Assembly: GCA_017620395.1 (NCBI GenBank)
Contig: JAFZQJ010000032.1
Span: 21,594 to 85,593 of the forward strand
Direction: 5' to 3'
Source: Clostridia bacterium
GTDB lineage: Bacteria; Bacillota; Clostridia; Oscillospirales; RGIG8002
Length of the DNA: 64,000 bases
Under the pieces are notes generated by a model. The model was not told the DNA's origin and ran no database searches. It saw nothing but the letters and a program-made list of their open reading frames with translations. Shown here in pieces: positions 16,601 through 23,301 of the stretch; the stretch's first letter is position 1, and each line of letters starts with the position of its first letter. A program made the translations under genes and the position numbers.

Positions 16601-18036
16601 GCGATCGTGCAGCCCGCATCCTCCGCAGCGTGAGGAGTCAGACTGTGCACGTGGGCGGGCGCGGCGGCTTTCGAGCAGACGTATACGACATCGCTACCGG
16701 AGTTATAATAATCCTTTATTACAGCAAGGTCAGCGTCAAAATCCGATTGAATAGTGAGTTTGAATACGTCTTTGTCCGTACACTCATCCGTAAAGAAAGC
16801 TATCATGCGAGCACTGCCGCTGACGATATAAACGATGTCAATATACTTTGAAGGGGCAACGCCGTTGGTGACGGCGTCCCAGTTGTCGTAAACCCACGCC
16901 TTCGCCTCATCAAAGGTGCATTCGCCGATGCTGTCGGCAGCGACCTGATCCCCGTCCGTTACAATTGTGAAGCTGACGGCCGGCGCGGCGGCTTTCGAGC
17001 AGATGTATACGACATCGGCACCGTAGTTATAATAATTCTTTATTGCAGCAAGGTCAGCGTTTGAATCCGATTGAATATCGGCTTGGAATACGTCTTTGTT
17101 CGTACAATCAGCCGTAGAGAAACCTATCAAGCGAGCACTGCCGTTGACGATATAAAGGATGTCAATATACTTTGTAGAGTCAACGCCGTTGGTGACGGCG
17201 TCCCAGTTGTCGTAAACCCACGCCTTCGCCTCATCAAAGGTGCATTCGCCGATGTTGTCAGCGGCGATCTGGTCCGCGTTCGTTACAATTGTGAAGGTAA
17301 CGGCCGGCGCGGCGGTCGGTGTGCAGAGCCAAACGTCGTCGGAATAATTATAGCACAGCGTCAAATCATCAATACCGACTGCCGTCGCCGCAGACGCCGG
17401 CTTGGTCTCAAACTCATCTTTCCCGAGCTCCGGGTAGAAATTGAAAGCTTTTAAGTCGGCCCCGTCATAGTATGCAAACCAAAAGCTTGCGGCCGTAGTG
17501 CTCGCAACGGTGTTCCAGTTCGCGAGGGCCCACGCTTTCGCGTCGTCAAAGGTGCAGGCGCCGATGTTGTCGGCCGTGATATCGCTCGCGTCGGTCACCT
17601 TCGTGAAGGAAACGGTGGAAGTCGCGGGCGCGGCAGCGGGTGTGCAAATGAAAACAGAGTGACCGTCAGCAAACCAACCTTGTAAGTCACTGATTGAGGT
17701 CGTATCAGTAAGATTATCGAAATACTGCAGAAAACTTTGTTCATCTATACCTTGATACACGTGCACATAATACAATTCGCCGGTGTTTGAATAGAAAGCG
17801 ATCTCTGCATGAAAAGAGTTCTCGAGTAAATCACCCCAGTTTGCAAGCGCCCATGCCTTCGCTTCATCAGCTGTGCATGTGCCGATGTTTTCAGCGGTAA
17901 TCTGGCTTGCGTCGGTTACCTTTGTGAAGGAAACAGTGTCCGCGCTCGCTATCAGGCCTATGCCCGGCATGAGCGACAGGAGCATCGCGACGCTGAGCAG
18001 GACGCTCAGCAGTTTTTTCCAACTTTTGTTTATCAT
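13684..18036 (-). CDS. very large secreted repeat protein (1450 aa), adhesin-like
   Basis: Signal peptide (LLSVLLSVAMLLSLMPGIGLIASA) and GGGAGG RBS. Four copies of an N-terminal module of about 108 aa, two Cys/His-rich modules of about 107 aa (GHNYENVxYSS..HW..C.RC..QNHTWG), MBG-like YYVGITVNEGDNYY segments and Ig-like C-terminal regions. No LPXTG, SLH or dockerin seen. Confidence 0.85.
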   Translation of the reverse strand: MINKSWKKLLSVLLSVAMLLSLMPGIGLIASADTVSFTKVTDASQITAENIGTCTADEAKAWALANWGDLLENSFHAEIAFYSNTGELYYVHVYQGIDEQSFLQYFDNLTDTTSISDLQGWFADGHSVFICTPAAAPATSTVSFTKVTDASDITADNIGACTFDDAKAWALANWNTVASTTAASFWFAYYDGADLKAFNFYPELGKDEFETKPASAATAVGIDDLTLCYNYSDDVWLCTPTAAPAVTFTIVTNADQIAADNIGECTFDEAKAWVYDNWDAVTNGVDSTKYIDILYIVNGSARLIGFSTADCTNKDVFQADIQSDSNADLAAIKNYYNYGADVVYICSKAAAPAVSFTIVTDGDQVAADSIGECTFDEAKAWVYDNWDAVTNGVAPSKYIDIVYIVSGSARMIAFFTDECTDKDVFKLTIQSDFDADLAVIKDYYNSGSDVVYVCSKAAAPAHVHSLTPHAAEDAGCTIAGNSAYWYCQDCNKYFSDENGETEIAENSWVIQALGHNYENVAYSSDDTQHWKVCARCSEDSEKQNHTWGSALYVWGDNNSTVTASHGCTQCGKQVSETVNTTASVSGANCTEPERTTYTANFTKDGFVQQVKSGVQTGPALGHNYENVPYSSNETEHWRHCSRCNAESDHQNHTWGEATYTWSGDNSTVTASHSCVICGKQVSETVDTTSQVTAAATCTTAELATYTATFTKDGFTTQTKPNVETSPATGHDFSYAGLNETIIATCSHNGCEYHSNGAFIVIHAPALTTYGGAESASATLEGVDAFNAATGLSVSENAIQYYNTKIDGMEILKDGLPLPSPAGAGTYWAEIKIQNATAYVVYTIAKANPTANDFIFSEPDNLNYNGNNKMATVIPQDGVDGMGDATVRYYSDAARTNEVDYAKNAGTYYVGITVNEGDNYYAASAVLYDSSWKFTVAKADPTYTAPTGLTATYGDALSSVSLPDGWTWEADLTTPVGNAGSNVFKAKFTPNDTDNYNVVEHVNVTVSVGKAASSAATVTAIEWTFDGTAHALLAVTGEAVGGTMQYALGTAAAPGTFGDSIPEATDPDTYYVWYKVAGDANHNDTDAVLVTVVVAHDEALDAVIAAIDAIGPVTEVLADQKAKIDAARAGYNALTPEQQTLVTNYTTLLGAEADYKALFVFDANTQITISGVEKYGETLTAAAIDVPAFITDAVVRWYNEDGDLLGTGETYTLTAAEIGKSVRAELYSAEANDAVTSDFTGLIGKGVIKNYTLPTAAHVTYPQTLAEATLTGGDTGDIEGVWAWATPAAQPTSAQSGSSFELTFTPTGIYADLYEGFTTRLAVVVDPAPFEPQSIEDTASGLTFDAEFAQNVEIELTDIAYSQSAYLALLRASKKDDSGMTRLVLLKTIVFTIGGEAADEAYNGAVTVTSYVGAKLAGQTVSVWFFIDGEPVNYVGTVGYDGVLVIENVAL
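15856..16503 (-). repeat. tandem duplication (2 x about 324 bp) encoding the Cys/His-rich modules of the 1450-aa protein
   Basis: aa 512-618 and 619-727 both begin ALGHNYENV and share HW..C.RC..QNHTWG...STVTASH.C..CGKQVSETV. Confidence 0.8.
16654..17301 (-). repeat. near-identical tandem repeat (2 x 324 bp) in the 5' part of the 1450-aa protein gene
   Basis: aa 246-353 and 354-461 are about 85-90 % identical at DNA level by eye. Two more diverged copies lie at 17302-17937. Confidence 0.85.
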
Positions 18037-18272
18037 AATTCTACCTCCCTGCCTCGCGGCAGTTAAAATTCGTCTTTACGACGGTTTTTTGACGTGATTA
18101 TGCCTTTTTGACTTTTAGGTCATAAACAGATAATTTATTGTATCACGCCCTTTGCAAAAACGCAAGAGCGAATGAGGGGTTTTTTTGGGATTTTTACATA
18201 TTTTATTATCGGGAGGAGGGCGGCGGCGAGGTGCCGGCGCAAACTCTTAACTCGCGCGAAGCGCGATCATAA

Positions 18273-18310
18273 CTCTAAACTCTAAACTCTAAACTCTGAA
18301 CTCTAAACTC
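18273..18310 (+). repeat. heptanucleotide microsatellite (CTCTAAA) x 5.4
   Basis: Units at 18273, 18280, 18287, 18294 (CTCTGAA) and 18301. Only about 2.5 units at 18473-18490 and 2 inverted units at 13494-13508. Confidence 0.8.
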
Positions 18311-18341
18311 AAAAACCCCGTCCGGATCGGACGGGGTTTTC
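18311..18341. terminator. bidirectional intrinsic terminator
   Basis: AAAAA-CCCCGTCCG-gat-CGGACGGGG-TTTT. Confidence 0.7.
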
Positions 18342-18344
18342 TTT

Positions 18345-18407
18345 GAGTTATGAGTTTAGAACTATGATGACGCCTGCGGCGTCAGTTATGAGTTCGCTTC
18401 GCGAACG
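18345..18407 (+). repeat. family C repeat, copy abutting the 24-nt duplicate of the malic-enzyme 3' end
   Basis: GAGTTATGAGTTTAGAACTATGATGACGCC-tgc-GGCGTCAGTTATGAGTTCGCTTCGCGAACG. Confidence 0.7.
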
Positions 18408-18430
18408 TTGGCCGCGATCACCGCCGCGGC
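18407..18430. repeat. 24-nt direct duplicate of the 3' end of the malic-enzyme CDS
   Basis: GTTGGCCGCGATCACCGCCGCGGC is identical at 18407-18430 and 18939-18962, the latter encoding AAAVIAAN at the C-terminus. Confidence 0.85.
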
Positions 18431-18439
18431 ACAGCCGCC

Positions 18440-18522
18440 GCAAACTCTTAACTCGCGCGAAGCGCGATCATAACTCTAAACTCTAAACTCAAAACCCCGT
18501 CCGAGATTTCGGACGGGGTTTT
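18440..18522 (+). repeat. duplicated block, copy 2, including a bidirectional terminator hairpin (18491-18522)
   Basis: Same sequence as 18239-18341 with fewer heptamers. AAAA-CCCCGTCCGA-gatt-TCGGACGGGG-TTTT. Confidence 0.8.
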
Positions 18523-18586
18523 CTCTCCCTCCGTCACTCGCGGGCTTCGCCCGCGAGCGCCACCTCCCTCCCAGAGGGAGGCAAGG
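18523..18586 (+). repeat. family A repeat, variant boxes
   Basis: CTCTCCCTCCGTC + CTCGCGGGC-ttc-GCCCGCGAG + CGCCACCTCCCTCCCAGAGGGAGGCAAGG. Same boxes at 29603-29664 (inverted) and 29768-29830. Confidence 0.8.
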
Positions 18587-18608
18587 CCGCGCACGGCGCG
18601 GGCGGTTT

Positions 18609-18927
18609 GTCATCCTGAGCGGAGCAACCGAAGGTTGCGCAGTCGAAGGATCTCACGCAGCGCAGCGGTCGTTCTGTCATCCTGAGCGGAGTAACGCGTC
18701 AGCGTTACGAAGTCGAAGGATCTTGAAGGTAACGGTATTATATAAGAAAAAGTGTGTATTCGGATTTGAGGGTCATCCCCTGCTCCGAATACACACTTTG
18801 TTTTTTTACACAGCCTCGTCTTTAAGATCCTTCGACTTCGCGGCGTTCCGCCGCTCCGCTCAGGATGACAAAGGACAACGCGAGATCCTTTGACTTCGCG
18901 GGCTGCGCCCGCTTCGCTCAGGATGAC
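18609..18927. repeat. roughly 320-bp palindromic super-structure: two family B units, a terminator, two inverted family B units
   Basis: Units GTCATCCTGAGCGGAG-hairpin-AGTCGAAGGATC at 18609-18652 and 18676-18722. Reverse-complement units at 18826-18869 and 18884-18927. The inner hairpins all differ (GCAACC/GGTTGC, GTAACGC/GCGTTAC, GCGGCG/CGCCGC, GCGGGC/GCCCGC). Confidence 0.85.
18747..18807. terminator. strong bidirectional terminator at the centre of the palindromic structure
   Basis: 16-bp stem AAAGTGTGTATTCGGA / TCCGAATACACACTTT with a 19-nt loop, an A-run before and TTTTTTT after. Confidence 0.75.
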
Positions 18928-18932
18928 ACCCC

Positions 18933-20078
18933 CTACGAGTTGGCCGCGATCACCGCCGCGGCGACGGCGTCGGCGACGCCGGGGAAAAAGACGTCGGGGA
19001 TTATCTTCGCCGGCGAAAGCTCCGAATCCGGAACGAGCGCGGCGAGGGCGCGCGCGGCGGCGTGCTTCATCGGCTCGGTTATCGCCCTGGCGCGGCATTT
19101 CAGCGCGCCCTTGAATATGCCCGGGAACGCGAGCAGGTTGTTTATCTGGTTCGGGTAGTCGCTGCGCCCCGTGCCGACGACGGCGGCTCCGGCGGCGAGG
19201 GCTTCCTCAGGCGTTATCTCGGGAGTCGGATTCGCCATAGCGAAGATTATCGGCTTATTCATCGACGCGACCATTCCGCCGGTCAGCACCTTACCGACCG
19301 AAACGCCGACGAAGGCGTCCGCGCCGCGAACGGCGTCCGCGAGCGAGCCGCGTATGCCGCTTTGGTTGACCGTCAGCGCAAGCTCGCGCTGCGCGGGGTT
19401 TATATCGCCCTCGGGATCGAGGACGCCGCCGATATCGCAGACCGTCAGCTCGCCGAAGCCGATATCGCGCAGGAGCTTCGACACCGCGATACCCGCGCTG
19501 CCCGCGCCGTTGACGACGACGCGCATTTCCTCCGGCTTCCTGCCCGTGACCTTGGCGGCGTTCAGCATCGCGGCGGCGACGACTATCGCCGTGCCGTGCT
19601 GGTCGTCATGGAAGACGGGCACGTCGCAGAGCTCCTTCAGCCGCGCTTCTATCTCGAAGCAGCGGGGCGCGGAGATGTCCTCGAGGTTGATGCCGCCGAA
19701 GGACTTGCTGATCAGATGCACGGTGCGGATTATCTCCTCCGTGTCGCGGCTGTCGACGCAGATAGGCACCGCGTCGACTCCGCCGAAGCGCTTGAAAAGC
19801 GCGCACTTGCCCTCCATGACGGGCATGCCGGCGGCGGCTCCTACGTCGCCGAGGCCGAGCACCGCCGAGCCGTCCGTCACGACGGCGACGACGTTCCCGC
19901 GCCGCGTGAGCGTGAAGCTTTTCGCATAGTCGGCTTCGATCTCCTTGCAGGGGCGGGCGACGCCCGGCGTGTAGGCGAGCGAGAGGTCCTCGCGCGTTTC
20001 GAGCGGAGCGCGGACCGAGATTTCGATTTTTCCGCCCAGCTCTTCGTGCAGGGCGAGCGATTTTTCGTATACGTCCAT
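18933..20078 (-). CDS. NAD(P)-dependent malic enzyme (short form)
   Basis: MDVYEKSLALHEELGGKIEI, LSLAYTPGVA and VVTDGSAVLGLGD motifs. Start moved to 20078. The upstream 75 codons of the ORF-track ORF translate intergenic repeats. Confidence 0.85.
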   Translation of the reverse strand: MDVYEKSLALHEELGGKIEISVRAPLETREDLSLAYTPGVARPCKEIEADYAKSFTLTRRGNVVAVVTDGSAVLGLGDVGAAAGMPVMEGKCALFKRFGGVDAVPICVDSRDTEEIIRTVHLISKSFGGINLEDISAPRCFEIEARLKELCDVPVFHDDQHGTAIVVAAAMLNAAKVTGRKPEEMRVVVNGAGSAGIAVSKLLRDIGFGELTVCDIGGVLDPEGDINPAQRELALTVNQSGIRGSLADAVRGADAFVGVSVGKVLTGGMVASMNKPIIFAMANPTPEITPEEALAAGAAVVGTGRSDYPNQINNLLAFPGIFKGALKCRARAITEPMKHAAARALAALVPDSELSPAKIIPDVFFPGVADAVAAAVIAANS

Positions 20079-20120
20079 GGTTTTTTCCTTTTGGTTTGAT
20101 GTGGTGTGGAAGCGCGGTTG

Positions 20121-20179
20121 GGCTTCCCCTTGAGGGGAAGCTGTCGAAAAGGGCGCAGCCCTTTGAGACTGATGAAGTG
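20121..20179 (-). repeat. family A repeat, inverted copy (left end of the composite element 20121-20331)
   Basis: GGCTTCCCCTTGAGGGGAAGC + AAAGGGC-gca-GCCCTTT + GAGACTGATGAAGTG, which is the reverse complement of a box1-like CACTTCATCAGTC. Confidence 0.7.
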
Positions 20180-20273
20180 TAAAAATCGGTCGTACACGCC
20201 TGCGCCGACCGCTTACGCTACCGGCGCGCAGGCGATTGATAATCGCCCCTACGATCCGCGCACGGCGCGGGGA

Positions 20274-20331
20274 CACCTCATCCGTCTTGCCGCTTCGCGG
20301 CAATCCACCTTCCCCTCGAGGGGAAGGCTTG
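20274..20331 (+). repeat. family A repeat (right end of the composite element), ends at the fumC stop codon
   Basis: CACCTCATCCGTC + TTGCCGC-ttc-GCGGCAA + TCCACCTTCCCCTCGAGGGGAAGGCTTG. The next base is the fumC stop (20332-20334). Confidence 0.8.
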
Positions 20332-21690
20332 CTACAGCTTCATTATTTCGTCATACTTGTCCGCGTCCATCAGGCCGGCGCCGACGACGGCTTCTCGGAG
20401 GGTGATATTTTCCTCAAGCGCACGCTTGGCGGCGGCCGCCGCGGCGTCGTAGCCGATGACGGGCGTCAGGCGCGTGACCGTCATGAGCGAGCGCTCGAGG
20501 TATTCGCGCATCACGGCTTCGTCCGCGGTCAGACCCGCGAGGCAGTTATCCGTGAAGGAGGTCATCGCGTCGGTCAGCAGGTAGACCGAGCGCAGGAAAC
20601 GGAAGGCGATCAGCGGCATGCAGACGTTCAGCTCGAGGACGCCGGCGGCGCAGGCGCCGGTCAGCGCCGCGTCGTTGCCGAAGACCTCGTGGCAGACCAT
20701 TATCAGCGCCTCGCACTGCGTCGGGTTGACCTTGCCGGGCATTATCGAGCTGCCCGGCTCGTTGGCGGGGAGCTTCAGCTCGCCGATGCCGCAGCGCGGG
20801 CCGCTGCCGAGCAGACGGACGTCCGAAGCGAGCTTGTGCAGGTCGGCGGCGAGCGTCTTCAGCGCGCCGTGCGCGGCGAGGACGGCGTTCTTTGAGCCGA
20901 GGCCGGCGAATTTGTTTTCGCAGGGATAAAACTCCGTCGCGCAGGCCTCCGTCATGAAGGCGCAGACCGCTTCGTCGAAGCCGTCGGGGCAGTTGAGCCC
21001 GTTGCCGACGGCGGTGCCGCCTATCGGCAGAGCGCGGAGCTTGTGAAGCGAAAGCTGCACGCCGTCGATATCCGATTCGATCGCGGCGCGCCAGCCGCTG
21101 AGCTCCTGCCCGAAGGTCATCGGCACGGCGTCCTGCATGTGAGTGCGCGCGACCTTGGGGGTTTCGGCGTAGCGTTCCTCAAGCGCGGAAAGCGCTTTGA
21201 CGAGCTTCTCCGCGGCGGGAAGGAGCAGCCCCTCCAGCGTCAGCACCGCGGAAACGGAGATCGCCGAGGGGAAGGTATCGTTAGAGCTCTGCGACATATT
21301 CACGTGGTCGTTGGGGTGGATCTTCAGCTCCGGATGAAGCTGCATCGCGCGGTTGGCGACGACCTCGTTGACGTTCATATTCGTCTGCGTGCCGCTGCCC
21401 GTCTGCCAGACGGAGAGCGGGAAATGCGCGTCCAGCTTGCCGGTGAAGACCTCGGCACACGCCTCGGAGATCGCGGCGCGGCGCGCTTCGTCAAGCTTGC
21501 CGAGATCGCGGTTCGCCGTCGCCGTCGCCTGTTTCAGCATCGCGAGCGCGTGGACGATCACCGACGGCATAAGGTCGCCTCCGATGCGGAAGTTTTTGAG
21601 GCTCCGCGCCGTCTGCGCTCCCCAGAGCTTGTCGGCGGGGACCTTCATCTCCCCCATCGAGTCCTTTTCGATACGGTAGTTCTCTTCCAT
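20332..21690 (-). CDS. fumC: class II fumarate hydratase
   Basis: WQTGSGTQTNMNVNEVVANRA and the signature GSSIMPGKVNPTQCEA. Confidence 0.85.
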   Translation of the reverse strand: MEENYRIEKDSMGEMKVPADKLWGAQTARSLKNFRIGGDLMPSVIVHALAMLKQATATANRDLGKLDEARRAAISEACAEVFTGKLDAHFPLSVWQTGSGTQTNMNVNEVVANRAMQLHPELKIHPNDHVNMSQSSNDTFPSAISVSAVLTLEGLLLPAAEKLVKALSALEERYAETPKVARTHMQDAVPMTFGQELSGWRAAIESDIDGVQLSLHKLRALPIGGTAVGNGLNCPDGFDEAVCAFMTEACATEFYPCENKFAGLGSKNAVLAAHGALKTLAADLHKLASDVRLLGSGPRCGIGELKLPANEPGSSIMPGKVNPTQCEALIMVCHEVFGNDAALTGACAAGVLELNVCMPLIAFRFLRSVYLLTDAMTSFTDNCLAGLTADEAVMREYLERSLMTVTRLTPVIGYDAAAAAAKRALEENITLREAVVGAGLMDADKYDEIMKL

Positions 21691-21699
21691 TTCGTTACC

Positions 21700-23235
21700 T
21701 CAGAAAATCGTTCTGTCCCAATACTTGCGGTCGAGACAGCGGTATTGAAGCGCCTCCGCGACGTGCTCCTCGCGGATGCCGTCCTCGGCGGCGAGGTCGG
21801 CGATCGTGCGCGCGACGCGCAGGACCTTGTCGTAGGCGCGGGCGGAAAGCGACATCTTCTCGAACGAGCGGCGCAGCAGCTCGGCCGCGCTGTCCGATAT
21901 CGCGCAGAGCTTCTTCGTCTTGCCGCCGGAGAGGCGGGCGTTGCAGGAAACGCCGATATCCGCGTAGCGTTCCTCCTGCCGCTTGCGCGCGGCGGCGACG
22001 CGGGCGCGGACGGCTTCGCTGCTCTCGGCGGGCGCTTCGCTGCGCAGGTCGTTGAATTCAAGCGGCTCGGTCTCGACGTGGATGTCCATTCGGTCGAGCA
22101 GCGGGCCGGATATTTTCGACAGGTATTTGTGGATCTGCCCGGGCGAGCAGGTGCAGCGCTTCTTCGGGTTGCCGAAGTTGCCGCACGGGCAGGGGTTCAT
22201 CGCGCAGACGAGGATCATTTCGCAGGGGAAGGTCATGCTCCCGACCGCGCGGGTTATGGTGATGCTGCCGTTCTCAAGCGGCTGGCGGAGCGCCTCGAGC
22301 GTATCGCGCGGGTATTCCGGCAGCTCGTCGAGGAACATCACGCCGTTGTGCGCCAGCGAAAGCTCGCCGGGGCGCGGATTGTGGGTGCCGCCCGTCATGC
22401 CGATCTTGCTCATCGTGTGGTGAGGCGCGCGGAACGGGCGCGAAAGCATCGTAGGCACTCCCTCGGGGAGCAGGCCGGCGATGGAGTATATTTTGGTCGT
22501 CTGCAGGGATTCCGCCGTAGTCATCGGCGGCATGATCGTCGGCAGACGCTGGGCGAGCATGCTTTTGCCCGTGCCGGGAGGGCCGACCATGAGCAGATTG
22601 TGGCCGCCGGCGGCGGCTATTTCAAGCGCGCGGCGGGCGACGGGCTGGCCCTTTACGTCCGCCATGTCGCAGGCGTAGGTCTGCTCCGCGACGGGGAAGT
22701 TCATTTCGGTGACGGGAGTCAGCTTCGCGCCGCCGTTAAGGTGTTCGACGAGCTCGGTCACGTCGCGGACGGGGTAGATCTCCACGTCCTTCGCCACCGA
22801 CGCTTCGGCGGCGTTGTCGTATGGGATGAAAAGGCGCTTTATCCCGAACTGCGCCGCGCCGACCGCTATCGGCAGCACGCCGTTGACGCGGCGCACCTCC
22901 CCGTCGAGCGAAAGCTCGCCGACGAAGGCGGCGTCCGAAATATCGGCGCGGAGCTGTTCCGTTGCGAAAAGGATGCCGACGAAGACGGGCAGGTCGTACA
23001 TCGCGCCCTCTTTTTTGCGGTCCGCGGGGGCGAGATTCACGACTATGTGGCTGACCGGGAAGATAAAGCCGCGGTTCTTTATGCAGGAGCGCACGCGGTC
23101 GCGCGATTCGCGCACCGCCGTATCCGGCAGGCCGACCACGTCGAAGCCGGGCAGACCGCCGGAGATATCTATCTCCGCCTCCACCTTGTAGGCGTCGAGG
23201 CCGAAAAGTCCGAAGGAGTTTATTCTTGCGAACAT
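21700..23235 (-). CDS. comM: YifB/ComM-family Mg-chelatase-like ATPase
   Basis: N-terminal Lon-like domain (FDVVGLPDTAVRESRDRV), Walker A GPPGTGKS and a C-terminal ChlI-like region. Confidence 0.85.
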   Translation of the reverse strand: MFARINSFGLFGLDAYKVEAEIDISGGLPGFDVVGLPDTAVRESRDRVRSCIKNRGFIFPVSHIVVNLAPADRKKEGAMYDLPVFVGILFATEQLRADISDAAFVGELSLDGEVRRVNGVLPIAVGAAQFGIKRLFIPYDNAAEASVAKDVEIYPVRDVTELVEHLNGGAKLTPVTEMNFPVAEQTYACDMADVKGQPVARRALEIAAAGGHNLLMVGPPGTGKSMLAQRLPTIMPPMTTAESLQTTKIYSIAGLLPEGVPTMLSRPFRAPHHTMSKIGMTGGTHNPRPGELSLAHNGVMFLDELPEYPRDTLEALRQPLENGSITITRAVGSMTFPCEMILVCAMNPCPCGNFGNPKKRCTCSPGQIHKYLSKISGPLLDRMDIHVETEPLEFNDLRSEAPAESSEAVRARVAAARKRQEERYADIGVSCNARLSGGKTKKLCAISDSAAELLRRSFEKMSLSARAYDKVLRVARTIADLAAEDGIREEHVAEALQYRCLDRKYWDRTIF

Positions 23236-23301
23236 ATTTTCCCTCCCGTTGTTTTATTTCGTCTTTCGCGGGGCAGAATGAATGCAGAAAGGGGCGATAG
23301 T

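Larger units (their letters stand above)
18239..18341 (+). repeat. duplicated block, copy 1: hairpin + CTCTAAA heptamers + bidirectional terminator hairpin
   Basis: GCAAACTCTTAACTCGCGCGAAGCGCGATCATAACTCTAAACTCTAAACTC...AAAACCCCGTCCG..CGGACGGGGTTTT. Second copy at 18440-18522. Confidence 0.8.

Noticed and set aside
18097-18125. Candidate promoter of the 1450-aa protein gene (minus strand TTATGA-17-CATAAT).
   Set aside because: The -35 matches the consensus at only 3 of 6 positions and several alternative AT-rich hexamers exist. It is too weak to list as a feature without start-site data.
8310-20303. N-terminal extensions of ORF-track ORFs 8310-10217, 10920-12164 and 18933-20303 (and 51217-52128 and 17-1885 elsewhere).
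   Set aside because: The extensions cross upstream genes, promoters or intergenic repeats and have shadow-like composition. Internal starts with good RBS reproduce canonical family N-termini.
18610-20405. ORFs lying in repeat regions: 18610-19098, 18865-19158, 20106-20405. Similar cases are 26634-26951, 29575-29868, 36095-36286 and 36567-36860.
   Set aside because: They are translations of the palindromic repeat families, giving peptides such as ILRFARDDK, TFPSRGRL and HLIRLAASRQ. They have no RBS and read equally well on both strands.
23236-23301. Forespore (SigF/SigG-type) promoter upstream of gpr.
   Set aside because: The 66-nt gap contains GAATG and GATAGTA-like words, but the spacing would place the -10 on the start codon. 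I cannot support a call.
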